Origin: Spirochaetota bacterium
Lineage (GTDB): Bacteria; Spirochaetota; UBA12135; COTS27; CBDBHE01
Direction: 5' to 3'
DNA length: 64,000 nt
Assembly: GCA_965205605.1 (NCBI GenBank)
Contig: CBDBHE010000008.1
Span: forward strand, 117,179-181,178
Both the position numbers and the translations under genes were made by a program. Shown here piece after piece: positions 41,519 through 51,817 of the stretch. Each line of letters starts with the position of its first letter. The first letter of the stretch is position 1. The notes below the pieces were generated by a model. It worked only from the letters and a program-made list of their open reading frames with translations, made no database searches and had not been told where the DNA came from.

Positions 41519-44500
41519 TTATTTTTCCATACTGCCAGGTAGTTTATAATTCAATCGCAACATTCTATAAAGAAATTGTACACAAGAATCAACGACATAA
41601 TAAAGACAAGGAATAAAAGTTAAAACAAAAAAAGTACAAAAGACAAGCCCCCATAAAATACCAATTGCCATTGGTTCTAAAAAAGGCTCTGAACCCAAAA
41701 TACTATAAGCTAAAGGAAGCAATCCAACAGCCGTTGTTAAAGTGGTTAAAAGAATTGGTCTTAGCCGATTTTTGCAACTTTCCACTAACGCATCATGAGT
41801 AGAATGCCCCTCACGCCTAAGCTTATTGACAAAACTTACAAGAATCATAGAATCATTAACAACCACTCCAACTAAAGCAACCATCCCTATCATTGGAAAA
41901 AGACCCAAAGGAGTATTAGTAAAAAAAAGCCCCATCATCAAACCTACAAATGCAAAAGGAATCACTGACATCACAATAAAAGGTTGTATAAAGCTTTTAA
42001 AAAGAGCTGTTAAAACAATTAAAACACCCATCAGCGCAATTGCGAGAGCTCTTAACGTAGAGCTAACTTGTTTTTGAGTTTCTTCTTGATCTCCCCCTAT
42101 TTTTATTTCAACATTAGGGTATTTACTTTCTAAACCAGCGACTTTACTTGCAATTAATGCATTGATTTTAGCCGCATTATGTTTTTTACTTTTTACATTA
42201 ATCAATTGAGACGAAACTGATATATATCGACTTTGATCTTCTCGATTAACTGCTGAAAACGAACTCCCTCTTTCAATTAAAGCAAATTTATTTAATAAAA
42301 TATTTTTTCCATAAATATTTTTAACCATCACTTCATTTAAATCTTCTCTTTTTTGACTGACATCACTAGGATATTTAACAACAATATCAATATCTTCATT
42401 AATCCCTCTCATCGATCGAGCAATAGCTGCGATACCTCCATCAAAAGCATTTTTAACAGCAATCGCCGTACTATTAATGTTAATCCCTAAAATAGAAGCA
42501 ATTTCTTCATTAACTCTAAGACGAAATTCTTTTTTTCCTTCTTCAGAAGAAATATCTACACTAATTGTATTAGGAGTATCTTTTAAAAAATCCCGTATTT
42601 CTATAGCTGCTTTTTCTGCTGCACCTAAATTATCTGAAAAAAATTGAACAAAAACAGGTTTCGGCACAGGCGGTCCCCCTCTTACTTGATCAACTTTATA
42701 TTTTGTAATCCCTCCAACTTTAACGACTTCTTTTTCTATCAATTCAACAATTTGCTTTTCTTTCATTTTATTTTCAGGTTTCAAAACAACTGTAATCGAT
42801 CCTAAATAAGTCCCTCTATTTTCTATTCCTGTATCTAATACATAATAACCCACAGTTGAAATTAATTCTCTTGTAATCGTACCCATATTTTTTCTTAAAT
42901 TAGACTCTACTTCACCAATAACCTCTTGTGTCTTTTTTAAAGAATTGTCTTTAGGAGTATCTAATTTAACAACAAGTTCTTCAATACTGCCTGGAAATAA
43001 AACAAAAGGAACAACTCTTAAAAGAGCTACTAAAAGAAAAGTAGAAGAAATAATAATAACAATAACACTCAAAAAAGGTTTTTTAAGAGCAAAAACAATA
43101 AAATTAACATACCATTTTTGAAAAACTTTAAACCAAGCTCTTTTATCATTAATATTTTTTTTCGTTTTTTTAGATTGGCTTTTTTTGTTTGCTTCATTTT
43201 TATTACCACTAATTTTCACATGAGCTAAATGCCCCGGTAAAATTAAAATACACTCAAAATAAGAAGCCACCATCGTTGCAATAACAACTTTTGGAATAAA
43301 ACCAAGAAATTTCCCCATAATACCAGAAATCCCTAAAAGAGGAGCAAACGCTAAAACTGTTGTCATAATCATTCCAGTTAAAGGGACTAATACTTCAACC
43401 GTTCCATCAATAGCAGATTGAATAAAGTCTTTTCCCATTTCTCTATGCCGATAAATATTTTCTGAAACAACAATCGCATCATCAACAATCATTCCAACAA
43501 CAACAATAAAACCAAACATAGAGATTAAATTTAAAGTAAGACCAAAAGCAGAAACCACTATCATCGCCGCACAAAAAGCAACCGGAATCCCAAGAGTCGT
43601 CCAAAAAGTCGTTTTAAAATCAAAAAAGAAAATCAAACATATAAAAACAAACACTAAGCCTAAAGTCGCATTTTGAGTTAATACTTTTAGTCTTCGTTTA
43701 ACAAAAAAAGAAAGATCATTAGAGACAAAAATTCTAGCCCCTTCTGGTAAAAGATTTTTATCTTCATATTCTTTAATAAGAGCTTTAACATCATTAACAG
43801 TTTCAATAATATCTCCTGTACTTTTCTTTAAAATATTAAGATTAATTCCCGAAGCTCCCTGTATAAAAGTATTTCTTTCTGTATCTTCAAAAGTTAGCTT
43901 GACACTAGCAACATCTTTAATTTTAACAATTTGACCACTGTCATTAGCTCTTACAACACTCTGACGTATTTCTTGGAGCGTTTCATATTGACCCATCGTT
44001 CTAATCAAATACTCTTTACCTGAAAGCCTTATTTTTCCACCAGGTAAATTAATACTTCGAGCTTTAATCGTATTAATCACATCCCCTATTTCTAAATCAT
44101 AAAATCTCAACTTCTTAGGTTTAACTTCAATCCAAATTTCTCTATCTCGATAGCCTTCTTTTTCAACTTTAGAAACACCTGATATTTGAATCAATCGGTC
44201 TTCAAACTTATCCACAACTTCTCTTAATGTTTCCTCAGAAATATCCCCTGAAACCATCACAGAAAGAATGGGAAATTCTGTTGCTTTAATTTCTTTAATA
44301 AAAGGCTCTTCTTTAAGTTCGCTTGGAAGATCTTTTTTAATTCGATCAATTTCAGATTTAATATCCGTAACAATATCATCCATAGAAATTCCCAAATCAG
44401 GGTCAATCTCAAAAACAACTGTTGAAAGCCCTTCTATAGAGGTTGAGGCGACTCTTTTTTTACCATTGATCCCTTCCACAGCTTCTTCAATTTTTTTTGT

Positions 44501-44689
44501 AACCAAGGTTTCAATTTCTATAGAAGAAGCACCTAAATAAGGAGTAGAAATTACAATGGTATCAAGAGTAATATTGGGAAAGCCTTCTTTTTGGCCTTTC
44601 CAAAAATAGAGTCCTCCTGTAATTAAAATAAATAAAACAACTAAATTAATAACTTTATGCTGATTAATAAAAAATCTGACGAAACCCAT
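41519..44689 (-). CDS. RND efflux permease (AcrB/CusA-like superfamily)
   Basis: GMIVDDAIVVSENI, NLPGG, RLRPILLT; 1056 aa. Confidence 0.95.
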   Translation of the reverse strand: MGFVRFFINQHKVINLVVLFILITGGLYFWKGQKEGFPNITLDTIVISTPYLGASSIEIETLVTKKIEEAVEGINGKKRVASTSIEGLSTVVFEIDPDLGISMDDIVTDIKSEIDRIKKDLPSELKEEPFIKEIKATEFPILSVMVSGDISEETLREVVDKFEDRLIQISGVSKVEKEGYRDREIWIEVKPKKLRFYDLEIGDVINTIKARSINLPGGKIRLSGKEYLIRTMGQYETLQEIRQSVVRANDSGQIVKIKDVASVKLTFEDTERNTFIQGASGINLNILKKSTGDIIETVNDVKALIKEYEDKNLLPEGARIFVSNDLSFFVKRRLKVLTQNATLGLVFVFICLIFFFDFKTTFWTTLGIPVAFCAAMIVVSAFGLTLNLISMFGFIVVVGMIVDDAIVVSENIYRHREMGKDFIQSAIDGTVEVLVPLTGMIMTTVLAFAPLLGISGIMGKFLGFIPKVVIATMVASYFECILILPGHLAHVKISGNKNEANKKSQSKKTKKNINDKRAWFKVFQKWYVNFIVFALKKPFLSVIVIIISSTFLLVALLRVVPFVLFPGSIEELVVKLDTPKDNSLKKTQEVIGEVESNLRKNMGTITRELISTVGYYVLDTGIENRGTYLGSITVVLKPENKMKEKQIVELIEKEVVKVGGITKYKVDQVRGGPPVPKPVFVQFFSDNLGAAEKAAIEIRDFLKDTPNTISVDISSEEGKKEFRLRVNEEIASILGININSTAIAVKNAFDGGIAAIARSMRGINEDIDIVVKYPSDVSQKREDLNEVMVKNIYGKNILLNKFALIERGSSFSAVNREDQSRYISVSSQLINVKSKKHNAAKINALIASKVAGLESKYPNVEIKIGGDQEETQKQVSSTLRALAIALMGVLIVLTALFKSFIQPFIVMSVIPFAFVGLMMGLFFTNTPLGLFPMIGMVALVGVVVNDSMILVSFVNKLRREGHSTHDALVESCKNRLRPILLTTLTTAVGLLPLAYSILGSEPFLEPMAIGILWGLVFCTFFVLTFIPCLYYVVDSCVQFLYRMLRLNYKLPGSMEK

Positions 44690-44722
44690 TATACCTCTTT
44701 TTTTTTAAATTAAACATTAGCA

Positions 44723-46324
44723 TTAGCGAACATTTTTTTTAACATTTTTAACTTTAATATCATAAAATTTAAGTAGAATCCCTTGAGAAATTTTTAAATT
44801 GGCTTTTGCAACTTCATATTGAAAAACACTTCTTAAATACTTTTTTTGCCAATTTCTAAGGCTATTATAAGCTTCTGTTAATTGATCTAAATTGACTCGT
44901 CCTATTCTAAAATCTTGTTGATAAAAAAATAATCGTTTTTTCATTGTGGAAACAATTTCCGAATAACGACTAACTCGAAACCACTGATGATTTAATTCTC
45001 CTACTCTTTCATTTATTTCCAAGTAAACATTTTTCTTTAAATTTTCTAATTGTTTTTTCTTTTTTTTAAAGTCATGCTCAGCTCTTTCAAAAGCAGTTAA
45101 AAACGCTTGTGGGTAAAGAGGGACTTCAAATCTCAAACCAAAATAAAAATTATATTCTCCTAAATTTTCTAAACTATCACTAATAGCTTTACCTAATTGA
45201 TCACCTCTAGCTGCATAATCAATTTTAAGTTGAACATTTAAAAGAGGCATTATGTTTAGCTTAGATAAGGCAAGAGTATCTTCAGATACTTTATAAACCA
45301 GCTTTGCTTGTACCATATCGGCTCTTTCTTTTAATGAGCGTTTATAAATCGTTTTTTTATAAACTTCTATTCCTTTCTCTAGCCCCGCCTCTTCTTTAAA
45401 AACAAAATCATCTTTAATAATAATTTGATAATCTTTATTTTTAGTAATGTCTTCCCCCATAAATAAAGCAAGACGCATACTAATTGTATGAATATCTTTT
45501 TTAATTAAAAGTATTTCCTCTTCTCCTTCAGCCATAAGAGCTTCCAAGTTATAAAGGACCCCAACATCACTTGTTCCTAAGGCTACTTTTTTTCGAGTTA
45601 GTTTAAGCAGACGCCTTGTGTCCTCAAGAGCTTCTTTAGCTAAAGTTAAATTATCTTTATTAATTTTTAATTGCCAGTATAAAGAAAGAGCTTCTAAAAT
45701 AAGCGAATTGAGTTTTAAATTATAAGTCGCTCTTTCAAGCTTCACACGATCTTTTAAAATGTTAAGTTCTTTTACATTCCCAAAACCAATCGGTCCTCCT
45801 CTTAAAAGCGGTTGCTGAATATCCAACCCAAAAGAAGAAGTCCATTCTTCGTCAAAACCCGTGCCTATTTGAGAAGTACCTCCTCCAGGTCCTGCCCCTA
45901 ACCCACTTTGAAGACTTGAAAAAATAGAACTAAACGCACCTGAATCTATATTAATCCCATATCGATTATTAATTTCTAACCGAACAGTTGCTCCTGTTTC
46001 AACAATAAGAGACTGAAGACCAAAATTTAAATTTTCATTTCTTTGTTCAATTGGGGTTACATCAAAATTACGATTAAAAACACCATCTATAAAAGGAGTT
46101 TTTAATTGATCTCTTCTTTCATGATAAGAAGCTCTGGTAATATCTATATCAAAATTATTAAGTAAAACGTTATTATTATGTAAAGAAACTTCTTTTAAAT
46201 ATTCTTTTAAAGACAACTCAATTTTTATTTCTTTGGCAAAAGAGGCGTTAAAAAACAAAACAATTAAAAATAAAATAATTAAAAAAAATTTAGTCTTAAG
46301 ATAAATAAACATTGTTAATAACAA
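44723..46324 (-). CDS. TolC-family outer membrane protein
   Basis: Signal peptide, IQQPLLRG, ERADM, FEVPLY; directly upstream of the RND gene. Confidence 0.85.
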   Translation of the reverse strand: MLLTMFIYLKTKFFLIILFLIVLFFNASFAKEIKIELSLKEYLKEVSLHNNNVLLNNFDIDITRASYHERRDQLKTPFIDGVFNRNFDVTPIEQRNENLNFGLQSLIVETGATVRLEINNRYGINIDSGAFSSIFSSLQSGLGAGPGGGTSQIGTGFDEEWTSSFGLDIQQPLLRGGPIGFGNVKELNILKDRVKLERATYNLKLNSLILEALSLYWQLKINKDNLTLAKEALEDTRRLLKLTRKKVALGTSDVGVLYNLEALMAEGEEEILLIKKDIHTISMRLALFMGEDITKNKDYQIIIKDDFVFKEEAGLEKGIEVYKKTIYKRSLKERADMVQAKLVYKVSEDTLALSKLNIMPLLNVQLKIDYAARGDQLGKAISDSLENLGEYNFYFGLRFEVPLYPQAFLTAFERAEHDFKKKKKQLENLKKNVYLEINERVGELNHQWFRVSRYSEIVSTMKKRLFFYQQDFRIGRVNLDQLTEAYNSLRNWQKKYLRSVFQYEVAKANLKISQGILLKFYDIKVKNVKKNVR

Positions 46325-46515
46325 ATAATCAATTAATAAAAAAAATTAAATTTTTTAAGTACTCTTTTAAACACAGCTCAATTAAAGATAACTCAAGTTT
46401 TATTTCTTGGAAAAAAGGAACATTTAAAAAAATTCTACTATTAAAAAAAATAAATAATAGTGTCTAGCCTAATAATAGCATCTAGTCTAGTAGTTAACTC
46501 ATTAGCAAATAAAAG

Positions 46516-47482
46516 TCAAGCTTTTTTCACTAATTGATCTACCGAAACTGCAACCACAATAATAATACCAATAACAATTAGTTGTGCATTTGTAGAAATC
46601 CCTATTAACGTACACCCATTTCTTAAAAACTGTATCAATAAAGTCCCAATTAGAGTCCCTAAAATAGATCCTCTGCCCCCTGAAAGAGAAGCCCCTCCTA
46701 AAACAACAGCCGCAATTACATCGAGTTCTGCTCCGATTCCAGCTGTTGGTTGAGCAGAAACAGTTCGACTACATCCGATCATAGCCGCTAAACCAACTAA
46801 CAACCCATTAATAAGATAAATGAGTATTTTAGTTTTTTTTACATTAACTCCTGCATAATACGTTGCTGTTTCATTAGATCCTATCGCATACGTATATCGT
46901 CCTAAAAAAGTATGTTTTAAAATAAAGTAACAAATGACTGAAATGAAAATAAAAATTAAAATAGAAACAGGAATCCCATATAAATCCCCACCTCCTAAAA
47001 ATTGATAACTAGGCACATTAATAGGAATTCCATTATTACTAACAAGAGCAATTCCTCGAAATAAACTCATCGCCCCTAAGGTAACAATAAAAGGTTGTAT
47101 CTTGACTTTAATAATAACCCAACCAATTAACAATCCAGAAAAACCTCCTCCTATAATACCTGCAAAAGTGCCTATCAACTGTGCTGATGGCAGTAAACTA
47201 TTTAACTGAAGCTCATTAATCCCATAGCCACTAATCACCAACATAACCGCAGCTCCCACCATCGCACAAAAAGCTTGCACTGATCCAACAGAAAGATCTA
47301 TTCCTCCAGAAATAATTACAAACGTCATCCCTAAAGCCATAATCCCCATTACAGACGATCTTCTTAAAACATTCAAAAAATTATCAACAGTTAAAAAAGA
47401 ATCAAACTTTCAAAATAGCTAACATTAAAATCAAAAGTGTTAACGTTAAAAACGGTAAAAATAACCTAATAAATTTATTCAT
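46516..47482 (-). CDS. Sugar ABC transporter permease (RbsC type); +1 frameshift near 47407
   Basis: GGIDLSVG, GRYTYAIGSN, ELDVIAAVVLGG; ATG 47482 gives MNKFIRLFLPFLTL... one base out of frame. Confidence 0.88.
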
Positions 47483-47485
47483 AAA

Positions 47486-48997
47486 CTAAAGCTCTCCTGT
47501 AGCATAATTCATAATTTCATTTTGAGATAATTTACTTGCTTTAAATTCTTTACAAATAAAAAAATCTCTTACTACCAAAACCCTATCAGATACCCCTAAA
47601 ATTTCATCCAGTTCTGAAGAAATCAACAAAATTGCTTTCCCTTGAGAAGCTAATGAATTCATAATTTCATAAATTTCTTTCTTAGCTCCCACATCAATTC
47701 CTCTTGTTGGTTCATCAAAAATGACAATATCTGAACTAGCAAGAAGCCATCTAACAATTAATAGTTTTTGCTGATTTCCACCTGATAACGTTTCTGTTTT
47801 TAATAAAGGACTCCCCCATTTAACAGACATTTTAGAAACTTCTGTTGTACTAATACTTATTTCTTTAAAGTGATCAAGCCAGTAAGATCTGAAATACTTG
47901 CCTAAAGTAGGTAATGTTACATTCCACATATTGGGAAGGGACAATAAAAGACCTGTTCTTTTTCGATCTTCTGTTAAAAAAGCCATCCGTTTTTTTACAG
48001 CATCTCTTGGTGATTTAATTTTCGTTTTTTTTCCATGAATATAAACGTTTCCAGAATGAGCCTTCTTTATTCCAAAAATAAGCTCGGCTATTTCCGTTCT
48101 ACCAGCACCAATCAATCCATACATCCCTAAAATTTCACCAGCTCCAATGTTAAGACTAATATTATTAATACGATTACCATCTGAAAGATTATCAACAGAA
48201 AAAATTATTTTTTTATTTTTATTAAAACTATTTCTTTTAACAAAATAATCCTTTAGTTCTCGCCCTACCATGTGCTTAATAATTTCTTTATTAGAAATGT
48301 TTTTCGTCCTTCCAGAATAAACAACCTCTCCATCTCTTAAAACAGTCACTTCATCAGAAATCTGTCTTACTTCATCAAGGTGATGTGAAATATAAATAAT
48401 AGAATACCCTGCTTTTTTTAGCTTTTTAATCGTTTCTAAAATAAATTGAACCTCTTTGTAAGACAAAGAAGAAGTCGGTTCATCCATAATAATTAAAAAA
48501 GACTTCTTTACAATCGCTTTTAAAAACTCAACAATTTGACATTCTGCTATTGATAAATTTTCAATTTTTTCTAAAGGATTAATCGAAAAAATTTCAAACT
48601 TCTTCAAAAGCTTTTCTGTTTCTTTGACAACAAGATGATTTTTAATCACTCCAGGAACAAAAAAAGAAAATTCTTTCCCTAAAAAAATATTATCAGCAAC
48701 TGTTAAATCACTAACAAGATTAAGCTCTTGATAAACCATTGAAATCCCAGTATCAATTGAATCCGCTGGAGAAAAAAACTTTACTTCCTCATCATTAAAA
48801 TAAATTTGACCCTCATCTACTTGATGCACTCCAGCCAATATCCTCATTAAAGAAGACTTCCCAGAGCCATTCTCTCCCACTAAAGCATGAATCGTACCCT
48901 TATCGACTTTAAAAGAAACATTATTTAAAGCAACTGTCTGACCAAAAATTTTTCGAATATTCTCTACTCTTACATCAAAACTATTTATTTTTTCCAA
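47486..48997 (-). CDS. Sugar ABC transporter ATP-binding protein (RbsA type)
   Basis: GENGSGKS, MDEPT, TEDRK, LSGGNQQK, DEPTRGIDVGAK. Confidence 0.95.
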   Translation of the reverse strand: MEKINSFDVRVENIRKIFGQTVALNNVSFKVDKGTIHALVGENGSGKSSLMRILAGVHQVDEGQIYFNDEEVKFFSPADSIDTGISMVYQELNLVSDLTVADNIFLGKEFSFFVPGVIKNHLVVKETEKLLKKFEIFSINPLEKIENLSIAECQIVEFLKAIVKKSFLIIMDEPTSSLSYKEVQFILETIKKLKKAGYSIIYISHHLDEVRQISDEVTVLRDGEVVYSGRTKNISNKEIIKHMVGRELKDYFVKRNSFNKNKKIIFSVDNLSDGNRINNISLNIGAGEILGMYGLIGAGRTEIAELIFGIKKAHSGNVYIHGKKTKIKSPRDAVKKRMAFLTEDRKRTGLLLSLPNMWNVTLPTLGKYFRSYWLDHFKEISISTTEVSKMSVKWGSPLLKTETLSGGNQQKLLIVRWLLASSDIVIFDEPTRGIDVGAKKEIYEIMNSLASQGKAILLISSELDEILGVSDRVLVVRDFFICKEFKASKLSQNEIMNYATGEL

Positions 48998-49120
48998 TTT
49001 TTTTATATTCCTTTTTACTCAAATTAGAAAATGAACAAAATAATTACTAAAAAAGATTTTTTTTTAATTAACTATCATTTAATTAAAAACTCAGTATTTA
49101 ACTACAATTCTTATATAAAA

Positions 49121-50083
49121 CTAAATACTAAGAAGCTCTTTTACCTCTTTTGTAGTAATGTTATCTTTAGTAACTAGCTTAACTTGTGTATTTACTTTTT
49201 TCTCAATTGTTTCCTCTTTAATCACTTTAACAACAGAATACACACTTAAATAACCCATATCAAAAGGATTCTGCACGACCAAAGAATCAATTTCTCCTTT
49301 TTTAAGAGCATTAATAAGTGGAACAGAGGCATCAAAACCAATGATTTTTATCTCTTTTCTTCTTTGACTTACAATCGCCTGAAATGTTCCTACAGAAGTT
49401 GATTCATTACAGGCAAAAATTCCTTGTACATCCTTATGACGAGTTAATAAATCCTCTACTGCTTGTAAAGCTGTTTCAACGGTATCTAAACCATATTTTG
49501 TTTCCAAAATCTTAATTTCTGGATGATTTTTTTCTATTTCATCAATAAATCCATTTTCTCTTTTAGTGGTCGAAGAAGACCCTGGGTTATACTTAACAAC
49601 TAAAATATTTCCTTTATTATTTATAATTTTAGCCATTCGAAGAGCGGCTATTTTCCCACCTTCATAATTATCTGTTGCAATAAAAGAATTATATTTCGTT
49701 GTGTTAATTCCCGAATCAAAAATAATACAAGGAATCTTCTTTTCATAAACTCTTTCTACAACAGGGACTAAAGCTGTATCATCAAGAGGGGCCAAAACAA
49801 TCCCATTTACCCCTTTGGTAATAAAATCTTCGATAATGGAAATTTGAGCATTTCGATCTCCTTCTCGAGTAGGACCATTCCAATAAATTTTGACATCTAA
49901 TTCTTTACCTGCTTTTTTGGCCCCAGCATACACTGTCTTCCAAAAATCATGACTCGTCCCTTTAGGGATAACAGCAATTTGTAATTGCTTACTATTAGAT
50001 GCATTAGAACAATTTGTAAAGGTTATCATTACTAAAAACAACCCTATTAAAAAAGACATGAATGATAATTGATTATTTTTCAT
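49121..50083 (-). CDS. Sugar ABC transporter substrate-binding lipoprotein
   Basis: Lipobox-like FTNC, IPKGTSHDFW, ATDNYEGG, GFD, QNPFDMGY. Confidence 0.92.
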   Translation of the reverse strand: MKNNQLSFMSFLIGLFLVMITFTNCSNASNSKQLQIAVIPKGTSHDFWKTVYAGAKKAGKELDVKIYWNGPTREGDRNAQISIIEDFITKGVNGIVLAPLDDTALVPVVERVYEKKIPCIIFDSGINTTKYNSFIATDNYEGGKIAALRMAKIINNKGNILVVKYNPGSSSTTKRENGFIDEIEKNHPEIKILETKYGLDTVETALQAVEDLLTRHKDVQGIFACNESTSVGTFQAIVSQRRKEIKIIGFDASVPLINALKKGEIDSLVVQNPFDMGYLSVYSVVKVIKEETIEKKVNTQVKLVTKDNITTKEVKELLSI

Positions 50084-50274
50084 AAGTTACTCCTTTGTTA
50101 CTCCTTTATTAGTAAACAGTTTATAAATTTTAAAATCAAAAAAATGACCTTATCAGCCACATTATAACTTCTAAATTAAATAAAAATCAAAATTTTTTTT
50201 TATAGAAAATGACTTATAAGCTTAATTCAGCATAAAAATATCTAGTAAACACCTATTTTTAGTAAAAACAACTC

Positions 50275-50691
50275 TTAAACTTGTTCTTTTAAAAAATTTT
50301 CTAAATGTTTAAAAACTAAATCGTCAATGACATGCTCCCCTCGACAGGCATTTTCTTGAGCAACTTCTTTTGGGACTTTTAAAACTTCATAAAAAAAAGA
50401 TCTTAATATTTCATATTTATGACTTATTTTTTCAGCTAATTGATTTCCTTTCTTCGTCAAAGAAATAAAACTATAAGGGTCATAATTAATAAATCCTTTT
50501 TCTGAAAGTACTTTTAATGTTTTAGTAACAGAAGACTTGCTCACCTTAAGCTCAATAGAAAGATCCTTAACCCTAGCAACTTTCTTTTCTCTAGAAATTC
50601 GATAAATACTTTTTAAATACATCTCCAAAGTTTCACTTAATAAATAACCCTCCTTTAAAGGATGTCCATTATGTAACGAAGCTAAAGACAT
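50275..50691 (-). CDS. DtxR/MntR-family metal-dependent repressor (short form)
   Basis: EMYLKSIY, ARVKDLS...VSKSSVT, LTKKG, ACRGEH. Confidence 0.92.
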   Translation of the reverse strand: MSLASLHNGHPLKEGYLLSETLEMYLKSIYRISREKKVARVKDLSIELKVSKSSVTKTLKVLSEKGFINYDPYSFISLTKKGNQLAEKISHKYEILRSFFYEVLKVPKEVAQENACRGEHVIDDLVFKHLENFLKEQV

Positions 50692-50780
50692 TTTAATTGA
50701 TACCCCTCTTATTATAAACAAAAAAAGTAAATTTTATCAAGTATTAAAATAGTTTAAAATAAACCTTTCTTCTCTTTAAA

Positions 50781-50814
50781 AATATTTTATTTAGTTTAAA
50801 CTAAATAAAATATT
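50781..50814. promoter_or_regulatory. Perfect 34-bp palindrome, probable DtxR/TroR operator
   Basis: AATATTTTATTTAGTTT|AAACTAAATAAAATATT between the divergent repressor and troA. Confidence 0.8.
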
Positions 50815-50823
50815 AGTCTAGAC

Positions 50824-50852
50824 TTGTTTATAAAGCCAAAATAAACTATAAT
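50824..50852 (+). promoter_or_regulatory. Sigma70-like promoter of troA
   Basis: TTGTTT-17 nt-TATAAT, ending 22 nt before the ATG. Confidence 0.6.
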
Positions 50853-50874
50853 AAATTTAAAAATCTCTCTTAAT

Positions 50875-51792
50875 ATGCACAAATTTCTTTTTTTAATCAT
50901 TTTAAATTTTTTAATTTTTTTTTCTTGTTCAGAACAAAAAATAGGAAATAAAAAACAAATTAATATTCTTTGTACAATAGGACAATTACAAGATGCTATT
51001 AATTATATTGCTAAAGACAAAGTAAAAAGCAGTAGTATTTGTCAGCATGGGGTAGACCCTCATACCTATGTAGCAACAATAGACGATGTAAAAAAAATTA
51101 ATAAAGCTACTTTTATTTATGGGATTGGGCTTAATTTAGAAGCTCAAATGATTCATTTTTTAAAAAAAATGCCAAAAAGTCTTTTAATTGCAGAATCAGC
51201 ACTTGATTCAAAAGATCTGATTAAAACATCCAAAGACAAGATCAAGGCCTATGACCCTCATGTTTGGGGAGATATTTCTCTTTGGATTAAGATTGTTTCT
51301 TATCTTAAAGAAGACTTAATTAAAAAAATGCCCCAAGAAAAAGAGTTTTTAGAAAAAAACAGTGACTTGTATCTTAAACAACTAAGAAAAACACATCAAA
51401 TAATTACATCACTGATAAATCGTATTCCTAAAGAAAAAAGAATTTTAATGACTTCTCATGATGCCTTTAGTTATTTTAGTCGTGCTTATAATATTGAAAC
51501 AAAAGCTATTTTGGGCATTTCTACTGGAGCAGAAGCAAGCTCTAAAGAAATCATGGATCTTTCAAAATGGGTTATTGCTAACAAAGTCAAAAAATTTTTT
51601 CCTGAAAAAAGCATGCCTAATAAATTTTTAATGGCTTTAAAAGAATCTGTTACTGCAAAAGGCTATGAAATTAATTTTTCTAAAAATGAACTTTATTCAG
51701 ATTCACTTGGAAAGCCCGGGACGAAAGAAGGCACTTACATTGGCATGATGCTTTATAATGCCAGTACCATTGAAACAGAATTAAATCATTAA
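50875..51792 (+). CDS. troA: Metal ABC transporter binding lipoprotein (TroA-like)
   Basis: Lipobox FFSC, VDPHTY, DPHVW, SHDAFSYF, YSDSLG. Confidence 0.9.
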   Translation: MHKFLFLIILNFLIFFSCSEQKIGNKKQINILCTIGQLQDAINYIAKDKVKSSSICQHGVDPHTYVATIDDVKKINKATFIYGIGLNLEAQMIHFLKKMPKSLLIAESALDSKDLIKTSKDKIKAYDPHVWGDISLWIKIVSYLKEDLIKKMPQEKEFLEKNSDLYLKQLRKTHQIITSLINRIPKEKRILMTSHDAFSYFSRAYNIETKAILGISTGAEASSKEIMDLSKWVIANKVKKFFPEKSMPNKFLMALKESVTAKGYEINFSKNELYSDSLGKPGTKEGTYIGMMLYNASTIETELNH

Positions 51793-51817
51793 AAAAAATA
51801 TTTAAAAATATTTTGAT

